A stretch of DNA of 63,546 nucleotides, the filler included, from Octopus bimaculoides (taxonomy: Eukaryota): the NCBI RefSeq assembly GCF_001194135.2. It is 3 parts of 2 records of this genome, joined end to end, with 100 filler letters (N's around TTAATTAATTAA, not from the genome) between each part and the next. Parts side by side here need not be neighbours in the genome. Positions count along the whole stretch, not along the records: positions 1 to 21,626 come from NC_068988.1; 2 more parts are not named here. One strand, written 5' to 3'. The notes under the pieces are model-generated. The model was not told the DNA's origin, did not search any database, and saw only the letters and a list, made by a program, of their open reading frames with translations. Within the stretch, counting starts at the first letter, position 1. Each line of letters starts with the position of its first letter. The position numbers were made by a program, and so were the translations under genes. Positions 1-12,620 of this stretch are shown here, piece by piece.

Positions 1-164
<164 letters not shown>

Positions 165-504
165 GTGAGTGTATGTGTGCGCGTGCGTGATAGTGCGTGT
201 GCATAAATTAATATAAGTATACATATACATTTGTGTCTGTATATGTCTGCGTACACACATGCATTCATACAGATATACATACAAACATAGATACATACAT
301 ACATACATACATACACGCATACATACATACATACATTTATACAGATTTACAGCAATATTGGTATTATACTGAATATTGTGTACGTGTATATGTATGCATG
401 ATTGTATCGATGCATTATGATTGTATGTGTGTATATGTGTACGCACGTATGTATGCGAGCATACGTTTGTGTGCGAGCGAGAGTGCATGCGTGCGCGCGC
501 GCGT

Positions 505-735
505 TTAATTTCTGCTCGCCGAGGTCAAACCTTACCTTTCGTCCTTCCGGAGTCAATCATTGCTGTTGATGTAATCGATTAACTCCTTGCAAACTTACAT
601 GTTTTGTGCCTGTCATAAAAAAATGTCCTTCCAGGGTCGATAACATAAAGTATCGGTGTAGTAATGTTGTTCGGTGTAATCGAACTAAACCCCCTCTCCC
701 CCAAAATCACTGGCCTTATGTCTAAATCAGAAGTT
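505..735 (+). mobile_element. Decayed SINE family D copy (3' part)
   Basis: gccgaggtcaaaccttacctttcgtccttccggagtc ... ccccaaaatcactggccttatgtcta matches the family D body seen at 37305-37492 and 38751-38967. Confidence 0.55.
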
Positions 736-1154
736 CTTCTGTCTAGCTTTGCTAATTCAGTTTTCGTCCAATCTACGAAAGCTGTTGATTAACTAACTAA
801 TGATAACGACCAAGTGTTTACAGCTTTCACCAGATTCGGACCATTTAGCTTTGACTTCATTAATTTCCTCATTATTCTGATGTGCTACTACTGTTTGCGA
901 TTGTAATCGAAAAGGAACAACTTCCGAGTGATCTCTACTAAATGTCGCCACTCTGTTATGTTCGTATGTCGAGCGAAGACGATGCTGCCTTTATCCTTTC
1001 TTCCTTTCTAGTCAGCACCGTGCATTTCTTACTCTTTCCTTCCTTACTATCAACCAGCGAACAAACTTGTCACTGCCACTGCAGTTACCCTATTTTCCGG
1101 TGTATAAGTCGCTATTTTTTACCTGCAAAATATTTTACCAAGGTCTCGCACAGA

Positions 1155-1216
1155 GAGACAAAATCAGAAATCACATAGTTGGGAAGCAAACTTCTTACCA
1201 TACAGCCACGCTTGCA
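1155..1216 (-). mobile_element. SINE family A head fragment
   Basis: The reverse complement reads gcaagcgtggctgtatggtaagaagtttgcttcccaac, matching the head at 2666. Confidence 0.6.
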
Positions 1217-2169
1217 TCTAATGCTTAAAGAAAGCTCAAAATCGAAAGGGATGGGAAAAATTGGTGGAAAATACAGGTTTTCCAACGGTAGAACTGTTAT
1301 GATAACGACAACTTCACTTCATGTTCACAGATTAGAAAATAATTTTTTAAAAAAGAAAAAAAAACCTCAACCAGCAGTCATTAAAATGTCTAACAATACT
1401 CTGACAATGATTTAATCGACTGTGCCCTACCATCCTACCATTACACTCACCAAAATGACATTGTTGAGAATTCTTTACTTAAGCTCTGCTGAAAGATAAG
1501 ATTAGTATATCAATGACAACATAAATACCTTGAAATTTTTATTTTCCATTCGGCTATTTTTGACCCACAGCTGGATGAAGTCTGAATATGTAGTTGTCGG
1601 CTTATCTCTGTTGGTTGTAGGCCTGCATGTCCACACTGACCATTCTACCCAGAAACGCAACGAAAGAGCTTGCAGCTGATTTAGACATACAACAAATGAG
1701 CCAGTATGTTGTTCCATATTTTGCTTTAATCCAAGAGTCTTCCATTTCTGCCATTTCACTGCTTTTAAACATCTATCTATCTATCTAAAGATTTTAAGGT
1801 AACTTCTATAATCTTCAGCATAAAGGTTTTGTAGGAAACATAGTGTAGCCACCATGTATTGACAGAGTATTTCTTAGTATATCGTCATTAATTTCCATTA
1901 ATTTTTCCATACACAAGGAAAGATTTCTTTATTTGCTATAAGGATATACTGTAAATGAATTACTAGTGTTTAGGAGTGCAGGGCATATTGACATCACAAT
2001 GGAAATCTTGATACGATGCAGAAAAGTCGGAACAACTAAGGAACAATTACTAAAAGATGAATGAATGCTGACCATTACAAACATTGTAATGGATGAGCCT
2101 GCCATAAAGAAGCCTGTGATATGATTCTTCGTTCTTGAATAATAGAATGTTTAGAGATGACAGGGAGAA

Positions 2170-2450
2170 TTGCGAATATAAAAGAATTGATAGTAAGCAG
2201 TATAGCACACTCCCTTTGCTTTTTACAATACGCAAGACACCAACAATATTAACTATATAAAGGATATGGCATGGATATAAAAGCTCGGCAGAATAAAATC
2301 AATAATCTTCGTATGGATGACTAGAAGCTGTTTGCAATAAACGAAAATCAAACACAATGTAATGCAGAAATACATGAAGACATGCAATGTAGAATTAAAA
2401 ATTGTAAAATTTTTATAATGAAACAAGAGAATGTTAAAGCGAGTAATAGG
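2170..2450 (+). mobile_element. Decayed non-LTR retrotransposon RT fragment (R4/Dong-like)
   Basis: Frameshifted translation KINNLRMDD*KLFAINENQ ... KNCKIFIMKQENVK resembles the KINHLLFMDDLKLFAKNE ... KCGVLIMKRGKVV RT region of R4-type LINEs. Confidence 0.4.
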
Positions 2451-2665
2451 TTCAGATCACCTGATAAAGAATTAATACAAGTCGATACGATATCGCAAGA
2501 CTCGAGAAGATAAAACGAAACTGGATATAAATGAATACATATTGTATATTTTGCAAATTAAGTCGTCACTCACCGAGAAAAAATAAAAGTGTTTAATCTT
2601 GTACGAAGGTTTATTCATTTTTATTAGAACAATCCATTCCCCAAAATTTATACCAGCAGCTGACA

Positions 2666-3075
2666 GGCGCAGGCATGGCTGTGTGGTAAGAAGCTTGCTT
2701 CCTAACCACATGGTTCCAGGTTCAGTCCCACTGCGTTGCACATTCTACTTTAAGCCTCGGGCCGACCAAAGCCCTGTGAGCGGATTTGTTCGACGGAAAT
2801 TGAAGGAAGTCCGTCCTATATATATATATATACATATATATATGTGTGTCTGTTTATGTGTGTGTCTTTTTGTTTATGTTTGTCCTCTCACCATCGCTTG
2901 ACAACCGATGGTAGTGTGTTTACGCCCCCGTAAAATTAGCGGTTCGGCAAAAGACACTTATACAATAATTACTGGGGTCAATTTCTTCGACGAAAAAAAA
3001 AATCCCTATAAAGCGGTACTCCAGCATGGCCGCAGCCAAATGACTGAAACAAGTAAAAGAGTAAGAAAAAAAAAA
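2666..3075 (+). mobile_element. tRNA-derived SINE family A, near full length
   Basis: Pol III A-box (TGGCTGTGTGG) and B-box-like (GGTTCAGTCCC) head, internal (TA)n(TG)n, conserved body cgcttgacaaccgatg...cggttcggcaaaaga, and tail ggccgcagccaaatgactgaaacaagtaaaaga. Many copies occur in the window. Confidence 0.88.
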
Positions 3076-3559
3076 AGAACTGATGTGGAAACATAAAGGT
3101 GGAAATATTGAAAGTAATAGAAATAAAATGAAAACAGAGATGAATGGAGTCTAAGAAGCTAGCAGAAGTGTTTTCTTAGTATTGATAAGCTTCAACTCTG
3201 CAAGACTAGTCTACGCTTTCAGTGGGGTTTCTACAGCTAGCCATGTGAAATTTAGAAACATTAGCGATTTGTCCCCGCAACCCACTGTTTTCTGATCTAC
3301 AAGCACATGTTTATTTTAGTTTCATCCATCTTATTTTAAAAGTCACCCACCTTTTGACAAATATAGTGAAAAAGAGCACTGTTTTCTCCTATCCCCACTT
3401 TGGGATCTAAAGTTAGAAACGAAAAAGTCAATGAGAGCTGGACTGAATAGTCAAGTATTCGTTCTTTGTATTCGTCAAGTATTCGTTCTTTCACCCTTGT
3501 CCTCGAACTATTTCTCTCGCCATAGCCACCAGAAAGAAAAATGCATGTCCTGCCTGATT

Positions 3560-4480
3560 AAAGAAGGACGGTGGGATGATGTTTTCGATGAATTCATACT
3601 ATAGCAGAATCCGCCTTACACGCGACAATTGCTGTTCAATTTGACGCCAGAAGTCAGCAATGCCTGACACTGAATGAGTGCATACGGGTCAGTTTCGTCG
3701 CTCTGCACTTGTTACAGGCAGTTCTCTCAGCCGGCACTTCGATACAGGTAGAACTTGTCTCGAACCAGTAGTGTCCCTCTCTAGCAATGGCAAGCTAAAA
3801 TTTTTGAAAGGTATCTACATTAATCTCTGTCAGAAAAGTCCTTCGGAACAAGCTAGCTAGTTCGTTTTCGTCAGCCAGAGTTTTGCTGAAAATATCTTCA
3901 CTCGGCAGCCTTACCGCTCCTTGGCTCACAGGACAGGAAATTCACCTGTTCCTGTGCCGGCTGAAGCAGACGTCTACTAGGAGGTCTCCGAACAAGTATG
4001 AGCAGATCGATCAAACCAGGAGATTTGCACATCATACCACCATCTGCATCTTACCTACTGTTACTGGGTTTTCTCTGCAGTCAGCGACTTTGACCGGGAG
4101 CTGCGACAGGTCATTCAGGTAGGTACTTTGGTCTTCTACCCTTTCTGGTCCACTACCCTTCACGAACAGCAAAGTGTTGCTGGAAAGCCGCATACATCTG
4201 CTTGAAATCAAGAAGTAGACGTCCATTCCGATCAGTCAAATATTTAATTGTCGCTTTGTTATCACATTGTACTTCAGCCATCCGAGCCCATCAAACGTCT
4301 TTCGTTTCTTGGAGCTTTACATAGAACTGATGACCTGCTTGGCTTTGATCTGATAACCCGCTTAGTTCTAACTTAACTTTTGTGCATTGCGGTGAAGAAA
4401 GATATTCGCCGCTTACATGTCGGTTGCGATGCCTTTTCTGATTGCTTCCTTTAATTAACTCCTCCTCTAATCTTATTTCT
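3560..4480 (-). mobile_element. Decayed, internally deleted L1/Tx1-clade LINE ORF2
   Basis: Minus-strand translation across frameshifts gives TIKYLTDRNGRLLLDFKQMYAAFQQHF (linker), YLFGDLLVDV...SQGAVRL...IFSKTLA (RT N-terminus), and LLVRDKFY...CNKC...DETDPYALIQC...IADFWRQIEQQLSR (C-terminal zinc knuckle). Confidence 0.7.
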
Positions 4481-4737
4481 TTTAATATCGTTCCTTGTAA
4501 AATGAGAGGCGAAGTCAATAACAGCAAGATTTTACTTCAGAGCGTAAAAAAGATGTGACTAAATACAAGGTAACAAGGTTTTATAGCCTCGTTCAATGAC
4601 GCTTCGACGGTCACTGATTGCTCATATGTATCTATGTGTCTGTGTTAGAATGTGCGAGCATGTGCATGGGAGAAAGAGAAGAAGAAGAAGAAGAAGAAGA
4701 GAGAGAGNNNNNNNNNNAGAGAGAGAGAGAGAGAGAG

Positions 4738-4778
<41 letters not shown>

Positions 4779-4965
4779 GTGTGTGTATGTATTTATATCT
4801 ATATGTGTATATATACATTTTCCGTCGGGGGTTTATATGATCCAATATAGGACTATTTACCTTAGTCAATGCAAGGCGATCGCTTATAAGCTTTAAGCTT
4901 ATAAAATATTAATACACACACACACACCTATGTGTGTGTGCGTCTGTCTGTATACACGTATACAT

Positions 4966-4997
<32 letters not shown>

Positions 4998-5432
4998 CAT
5001 ATATATAATACATATAAATTTGATATTAGGTTTAGTATTTTCTTCGATATCTCCAACAACATCTCCGATCTCATTATTAGAACTCGTGTCGTACGGTAGG
5101 GAGAAGTTAGGAAAGAGTCTTGCAAACTGAGGAAAGGTTTCTATCATTGTCAATTGCCGTTGTCCTTGTTGTTATTTAGGTCAGCTCTATTCCAGGTGTT
5201 CAAGCCATATTCATTCTCTCTTAGTTTTTTTTTTTCGATCACAACTTAATCTAATCTATCCTTTTTTTTTTTTTCAAGATAGTAAATTAGTGACTGGAGG
5301 GAAAATTTGGTTATTCTTTCTCGCAACGCTTTGCAACCCTCTTATGCACGCATATGGCCAAAATAGGACTATGTACATGTAAACCTACATAGTTGACAAA
5401 CAAATATCTCAATTTTACCTGTCCCTTTGTAG

Positions 5433-5610
5433 GTGTTTTTAAAAAATGAAGATCAACCTCAAACGATGTTTGGCCCTTATTGGAATCTCATCGGAGGTGC
5501 CAACATCACTTGACCAATCCCAGAGAAACACATCAGAAATGTCAACATCACTTGACCAGTCCCAGAGAAACACATCAAATGTAGGAGCTTCAGAAAACTG
5601 GAGTTATTGA
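5433..5610 (+). other. Candidate exon / short ORF (ATG 5446, stop 5608-5610) with a 42-nt in-frame tandem duplication
   Basis: Polypyrimidine acceptor ttttacctgtccctttgtAG at 5431-5432 and an A-rich ATG context. Translation is MKINLKRCLALIGISSEVP-TSLDQSQRNTSEMS-TSLDQSQRNTSN-VGASENWSY*. No family recognised. Confidence 0.3.
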
Positions 5611-7171
5611 TTTGCATAACATTGTTTAACACTTTAATTCAATATCAGTCGGCTGTCAACAGGAAACCCAGTCCTTTTAGTATCAAGGTATGATATAGTA
5701 TCTGTAAACCTATGTAGTAGACATAAAACAAGTCAGTTTTATGTCTACTACATAAGCATGTCACTTTTACCTGTCTCAATGTAGAAATGAAAAAAATGCT
5801 CACGTTGTTGTCGTCATTGTTGTTTCTTAGTTCAGGTCAGCCTTGATATATAATCAAAGGTGTTTCAAATGTTGCTATCCTGTCTTTTATCCCGACACAA
5901 TTTGGGCTTACATTCTAAAGACACGACAAGGAGTACGAGAGTAGTCACACAAAAAGTCATGATTCAGGCGGATATTGGATTTAGGACGGATATTGGACAG
6001 GAAATGATGGAGAACATGAAAAAGAATTCATGGTTCTTCATCGTACCTCGAAAAATCTTATTTGATTAATATAATTGTGCCTGCACAGTTTGATAAGGTT
6101 TCTCTGTGGCATAACTGGCGCTAGTTCTTCCTATTTTACCTAAAACTCTTAGAAGCAAATACTAATTAAACTACTTCCTACACGCAACCCCCAGTTCAGT
6201 TAAATAAGATAGATGTTAATCTGGCTATACTGGCGTTAGCTATCACCAATTCGTGTTCCTGTCATCCTGTTATTAAAAGGCTGTTCTTCTCCACTTTTGG
6301 CTGTTTGTTGGCTATTTTCCACCTCCAGGGCTGATATTGAATATTTGTTAGCCATCACTATACATCTTGGCGATCCGCCGGGTTCTGGTCTTTTCACACG
6401 CCTCACCTGCTTTGTTGGCTCCTATCCATAGTGTTGGCTCCCATCTTGGGTACTGGCTGTTACTACTTTTACTGGCTGCTATTTTCATTTGAACTGCCCA
6501 ATATTTTTTTTTTTGCGTACGCTCACTCTCTCCACATAGCCATATCCAGTGACCAGTAAATAAACGCTTCTTCCCCCACCCTACTGGTGTCTAAGGTAAC
6601 ACAATAAAACCGTTGTCAAGTCGGTAACCATCAGCAACAAAACATTATTTATCGTGGCGATTGTTTATGGTATGGAGGTTGTGGTTATGCGGGAAGAGAA
6701 AGGGAAAAAAATGATGATAGTGAAAGACGAAGAAAACGACAGAAAGAAAAAAGGAGTGTGGTTGGAGAAAGGAGAAGAGGGAAAGTGAGAGAATGTAAAG
6801 AAAAGAAACCGAAGAAAGAGAAATAATATAGAATAGAGTAAATAATATTGAGAAGTAAATAAACTGAATATGCGAGAGGGAAAGCGACAAGGACATATAG
6901 AAAGAGATGGAGAGAGGGGTGAGACAGATTAAAAAATAAAATAAAAAATAAAATAAAAGAAGGCAAGTAAAAAGATAGATAGCAGGAAGTGTGGGAATGG
7001 TGCGAGAGGATGTTTATATGATATGTGTAGGTAGACATGGAGATCAAAGTAGCTAGCTTGCTAGATCGATGAAGAGATTTATCGATCAATTGATTGGCGG
7101 GTGAAACAGAATGAGAGAGTTGGCTGGCGAGATAGGTAGACATGCAGATGGGTGGATAGACATGCAGATGG

Positions 7172-7210
<39 letters not shown>

Positions 7211-8667
7211 NNNNNNNNNNNNNNNNNNNNNNNNNNNNNNNNNNNNNNNNNNNNNNNNNNNNNNNNNNNNNNNNNNNNNNNNNNNNNNNNNNNNNNNNNN
7301 NNNNNNNNNNNNNNNNNNNNNNNNNNNNNNNNNNNNNNNNNNNNNNNNNNNNNNNNNNNNNNNNNNNNNNNNNNNNNNNNNNNNNNNNNNNNNNNNNNNN
7401 NNNNNNNNNNNNNNNNNNNNNNNNNNNNNNNNNNNNNNNNNNNNNNNNNNNNNNNNNNNNNNNNNNNNNNNNNNNNNNNNNNNNNNNNNNNNNNNNNNNN
7501 NNNNNNNNNNNNNNNNNNNNNNNNNNNNNNNNNNNNNNNNNNNNNNNNNNNNNNNNNNNNNNNNNNNNNNNNNNNNNNNNNNNNNNNNNNNNNNNNNNNN
7601 NNNNNNNNNNNNNNNNNNNNNNNNNNNNNNNNNNNNNNNNNNNNNNNNNNNNNNNNNNNNNNNNNNNNNNNNNNNNNNNNNNNNNNNNNNNNNNNNNNNN
7701 NNNNNATATATATGGGAGAGGTGGAAAGTGGAAGGCGGAAGTTCAGGAGAGAGTAAGGAAAGCAGAGAGAAATGAAATTCGAGAAAAACTGCTTAAAATA
7801 GAGAGGGGAAGAGAGAGATGTAAAGAGAGAGAGAGAGAGACATAGAAATTGGAGGAAAGAGAAAGATTTACACAAAATGCGTAAGATAAAACTGTCATGG
7901 CAGTCAGCCATTGACTAGTAACATGGTTTATTGATTACGGACGGAACAGTTTACAGACAGGAAGCCAAACTATCAAAGCGCATGTCTAACAGATAAAAAC
8001 AACAGACATAAGCGAAACAGAGAGTTATTTTTATCATGTTGGTTCCTACTGGCAACCAGGTCACTCTCACTCGGAACTACCCGCCACCATCTTTCTTTCT
8101 GGTTTCCTTTTCCTCTTTTGTTATCGTCTGGTCTTTTCTTACCTTTTGTCGCACTTTCTTTCTCTTACTCCTCCTTCATTCCTCTTTTTCCTTCTTTCTT
8201 TCTCCCCCCCCCCTCCGCAGTTTACTTCGTACTTTCCTATTACTTTTCTTCCTGATATCATTCATAGTCTCTTTACTTCCTACATGTTTATCCGTTCTTG
8301 CTTTTTTTTCTTTTACTATTAAAATCTTTTTTTTTTCACGTTTTTTAAGCTCTTACTCTATTCCGCATTCGCTGCTGTTTTTAGAGGATACTGCTTTCGC
8401 AGTATATAAACAACTGTTTCTTCAACGACCAAAGATGTCTCACTATCACTCTCGACTGAGTTATTTTTCTGTTTCGACTAATTCAGTTCAGGAGACCTGT
8501 CGATGAAGTAGAACAACTGTAATATTGTAAGCTTGCCAAAAATGAGCAAAACAAGTATTTGTGGTGGGGTTGCCGCTGTGCATATGGGCTCATCTAAGAC
8601 TGATTCCGGTAATATGCATCATGTTCGCTGAAACAATAGTCCTTGAATCAGGTTCAGATTCTCTCTG

Positions 8668-8748
<81 letters not shown>

Positions 8749-9054
8749 CCCCTTACCTTCGAAACGCGGAGTAGATGGAACAGAGACAACTGACGAAGAG
8801 GTNNNNNNNNNNNNNNNNNNNNNNNNNNNNNNNNNNNNNNNNNNNNNNNNNNNNNNNNNNNNNNNNNNNNNNNNNNNNNNNNNNNNNNNNNNNNNNNNNN
8901 NNNNNNNNNNNNNNNNNNNNNNNNNNNNNNNNNNNNNNNNNNNNNNNNNNNNNNNNNNNNNNNNNNNNNNNNNNNNNNNNNNNNNNNNNNNNNNNNNNNN
9001 NNNNNNNNNNNNNNNNNNNNNNNNNNNNNNNNNNNNNNNNNNNNNNNNNNNNNN

Positions 9055-9109
<55 letters not shown>

Positions 9110-9589
9110 GGAATTTAGAAAAAACAAAAGTCGAAGACAGGTGTATAACAACAAACAGGTGTATTAGTTTAACGCTCGGGAAGATGAGAAAGTCTTTTAC
9201 CTTTCGATCCTACGCTCTTCAACAGAAAGGAACATGAAAGAATAAACAGAGAGAGAATAAAAAAGAAAGCTTTAGTGGCTAGCGGTCGATCATGGCGGCT
9301 GCCTAGATGGAGGTGGTCAGACAGGAAAGCTAGGAAGAAGAGGAGATAATAAAGTAGTGGTGATCCCAAAACGAAGGTGCGCGTGCGTATGTATGTGAGA
9401 GCGTGTAAGTGTGCGCGTGTGGATTGGGGCTGGTGACCTTGACGTGTGGGTGTGTGCATGTGTAGGTGTGTGGATGATGGTGTTGGTATTAACACACACA
9501 CATATATATACATGTATGTATGTATGTATGTATGCATGCATAGACCCCTTTTGCTTATGAATGACGATTGGATTGCGCCTAGAAAGGTT

Positions 9590-9872
9590 CCTCTCTGAAG
9601 CACAAGTCCGGGCAAAGTTGTTTTATGGAAGAGCAGCAGTCGCCCATCCATGCCAGTCATCCCTCTCCACGCCACCGGTGTTCTCTGAGAGAAAGACAAA
9701 GGCCGATACAACTTGGCACCACTAATATCGCAACTCATTTCTACAGCTGAGTAAATGGGATCAACGTGAAATAAAGTGTCTTACTCAAGAACACATCCCA
9801 CAGCCCAGTCCGGGAATTGAACTCACTACCTCATGACTGTGAACCCGACGCTCTGACCACTGACCTATGCCA
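9590..9872 (-). mobile_element. tRNA-derived SINE (family C-like head)
   Basis: The reverse complement begins ggcataggtcagtggtcagagcgtcgggttcacagtcatgaggtagtgagttcaattcccgg...gtgttcttgagtaagacactttatttcacg, with A/B boxes and the family C body. Confidence 0.7.
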
Positions 9873-10078
9873 TATATATGTGTGTGTGTGTGTGTGTGTG
9901 CATATGTATATATCTATGTGTGTATGTCTGTTTTTGTGTATGCTCGTCACCAGCACTTGACAACCTATGTCGGTTTGTTTACGTCCTGTAATCTAGCAGT
10001 TTAACAAATAGAGACCGGTAGAATAAATACCAGGTTCTGAAAAATGATAAGTACGAGGATCGATTTGTTCTACTAAAC

Positions 10079-10861
10079 CAGTGGTTCTCAACCCCTTTGA
10101 TTCTTCTTTTATTCGGGTAGACCCTTATAGCCATTCAATGTTTAAAATATGCTTGCTTACGAATCACATGATTCCGGGTTAAGTCCCACTGCGTGGAACC
10201 TTGGGCAAATGTCTTCTACTATAGCCTCGGGCCGACCAAAGCCTTGTGAGTGGAATTGGTAGACGGAAACTGAAAGAAGCCCGTCGTANNNNNNNNNNNN
10301 NNNNNNNNNNNNNNNNNNNNNNNNNNNNNNNNNNNNNNNNNNNNNNNNNNNNNNNNNNNNNNNNNNNNNNNNNNNNNNNNNNNNNNNNNNNNNNNNNNNN
10401 NNNNNNNNNNNNNNNNNNNNNNNNNNNNNNNNNNNNNNNNNNNNNNTATATATATATATATATGTATGTATGTGCGTGTGTCTGTTTGTGTGTCTGTGTT
10501 TGTCCCCCCAACATCGCTTGACAACCGATGCTGGTGTGTTTAGGTCCCCGTAAATTAGCGGTTCGGCAAAAGAGACCGATGGACTAAGTACTAGGCTTAC
10601 AAAGAATAAGTCCTGGGGTCGATTTGCTCGACTAAAGTCGGTGCTCCAGCATGGCCGCAGTCAAATGACTGAAACAAGTAAAAGAGTAAAAAGAGAGTAT
10701 TATATTTTTATAATTAAATATTATTAGAAATTGTATGATAAAAAAAATTAAAACACTCTGTGTATTGTAGAAGTATAACCAATTTATTTCACATAACATT
10801 TAACGAATAAAATCTCATATAGACCTCCAAAGATCACATGGTCCCTGGTTGAAAAGCACTG
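10079..10861. mobile_element. hAT-type MITE 1 (contains a nested SINE A)
   Basis: TIRs cagtggttctcaacc (10079-10093) and ggttgaaaagcactg (10847-10861), 13/15 complementary. Flanked by the 8-mers tactaaac and gtctaaac. Confidence 0.75.
10146..10698 (+). mobile_element. SINE family A nested in MITE 1
   Basis: Head remnant plus a near-consensus body and tail. The gap at 10289-10446 lies in its internal microsatellite. Confidence 0.85.
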
Positions 10862-10869
10862 GTCTAAAC

Positions 10870-11210
10870 CAGTGGTTCTCAATTAAGATCCATATGACCC
10901 CTGAGGATCTGTATAAAATGTTTGGGGGTCCACACACCTAAACAGCAAATTGGGGATCCACAATAGTATTTTAGGTGTCAGTAAAAAAATATTGCTTTAG
11001 ATGTATGTATTGGTATGTATTACAAGAAATAGCTAGGTTTCTTTCTCTAACGTTTTACATAGTTCAACCTACACAAGTTAATGTGTGTAAAACAAAATAG
11101 GAATTTCGAAAGAAGTATAAAACTGGTTTTTAAACATAGAATGGCTACGGAGTCCACCAGAAAATAGTGATCAAAGCGGTCCATAGGCAAAAAATGGCTG
11201 AGAACCCCTA
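10870..11210. mobile_element. hAT-type MITE 2, in tandem with MITE 1
   Basis: Left TIR cagtggttctcaatt and right TIR ggctgagaaccccta. Exact 8-bp TSD gtctaaac at 10862-10869 and 11211-11218. Confidence 0.75.
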
Positions 11211-11302
11211 GTCTAAACTCCTCAAAGCAGTGTTGCAGACTAATGACTGAAACAAGTAAAAGATAAATAATAAAAATATATGCACTTGTATTCATGTATA
11301 TG

Positions 11303-11447
11303 TATGTGGTAAGAAGTTTGCTTTCCAACGACATGCTTCTGGGTTCAGTCTCACTGCGTGGCACCTTAGGTAAGTGTCTTCTACTATTGCCTCGGGCCGA
11401 CCAAAGCCTTCTGGGTGGATTTAGTTGACGGCAACTGAAACACACAC
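11303..11447 (+). mobile_element. SINE family A, 5' half
   Basis: tgtggtaagaagtttgctttccaac...gggttcagtctcactgcgtggcacc...gccgaccaaagcc...gacggcaactgaaa, running into (CA)n and a gap. Confidence 0.8.
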
Positions 11448-11877
11448 ACGCACACACACACACACACACACACNNNNNNNNNNNNNNNNNNNNNNNNNNN
11501 NNNNNNNNNNNNNNNNNNNNNNNNNNNNNNNNNNNNNNNNNNNNNNNNNNNNNNNNNNNNNNNNNNNNNNNNNNNNNNNNNNNNNNNNNNNNNNNNNNNN
11601 NNNNNNNNNNNNNNNNNNNNNNNNNNNNNNNNNNNNNNNNNNNNNNNNNNNNNNNNNNNNNNNNNNNNNNNNNNNNNNNNNNNNNNNNNNNNNNNNNNNN
11701 NNNNNNNNNNNNNNNNNNNNNNNNNNNNNNNNNNNNNNNNNNNNNNNNNNNNNNNNNNNNNNNNNNNNNNNNNNNNNNNNNNNNNNNNNNNNNNNNNNNN
11801 NNNNNNNNNNNNNNNNNNNNNNNNNNNNNNNNNNNNNNNNNNNNNNNNNNNNNNNNNNNNNNNNNNNNNNNNNNNNN

Positions 11878-11936
<59 letters not shown>

Positions 11937-12129
11937 GTAAAGTTTATTTGCCAACATAACGTGGTAGTCTTGCATAGGACTATGTACTACTTTTTAACTC
12001 CGGGAAAACATCTTTTATCAATACATGACTGTTTCCGAGACATACTGCAAGTAAGGGGGCTTACTACTTCCTTCTATATAAGATCCCTTCTATATTAGGG
12101 TCTCCCAATGTCTGGAGAAAGACTAGGTA

Positions 12130-12480
12130 GTGCATGTAAGTGGGGCTACACTGAAGCAAGTGAAAAAATCTAGGTATCTCGAGAGAGTGGATGTTGGAAG
12201 TTGAACTAGATTCCAGAATTGCTGGAATAGATGCAATACTGCGCCAGCGTCAGCAGTAGGCCATCAGAAAAGGAGAAGCAAAACATAGAGAAGCAAAACT
12301 TGCTATGATAGGTCCGGTTTTCGTGTCTACCCTTATCTCTAGTCAAGCATCTTCAGTAGTGAAGGGAAAACGTAAGACCGTAAATGCAAGCGATCGGAAG
12401 GGTAGCTGGAGAGACTTTAGTTTGGAGTTCGAAGCTCGAAGATGAGAGAGTCGCTGAGGGCATTCCACTCCATTTCCGAC
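12130..12480 (+). mobile_element. Decayed RTE-clade LINE, post-RT region
   Basis: LKQVKKSRYL resembles LKQVEKFKYL, and ENVRP*MQA resembles ERVRSQMQA of RTE/Expander-type ORFs. Multiple stops and frameshifts. Confidence 0.5.
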
Positions 12481-12581
12481 AACCAAATTCGATGTGTGTG
12501 TACGTGTATTTATGTGTGTGTGCGTGTGCATGCATACGGTTTGTGTTGTGTGCGTGTTTATATGTGTATGTGTGTGTATGC

Positions 12582-12620
<39 letters not shown>

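Larger units (their letters stand above)
9940..11270 (+). mobile_element. Old SINE family A copy split by two hAT MITEs (segments 9940-10078 and 11219-11270)
   Basis: The SINE body stops at cgatttgttctactaaac (10078) and resumes as the tail gcagactaatgactgaaacaagtaaaagata after 11218. Confidence 0.65.

Noticed and set aside
6200-6680. Possible CR1/L2 ORF1 remnant on the minus strand (QVRRVKR...MANKYSISALE)
   Set aside because: The resemblance is too weak to call without a search.
8755-8802. GAAA...CTGA(C/T)GA motifs (also about 21905-21970 on - and 43730-43775) as permuted hammerheads
   Set aside because: The core words are present but stem I does not pair in any copy. They are probably Penelope-associated repeat remnants.
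9195-9230. Minus-strand TTGAAGAGCGTAGGATCGAAAGGTA hammerhead-like motif
   Set aside because: The core has C3U and broken stems II and III. At most a dead remnant.
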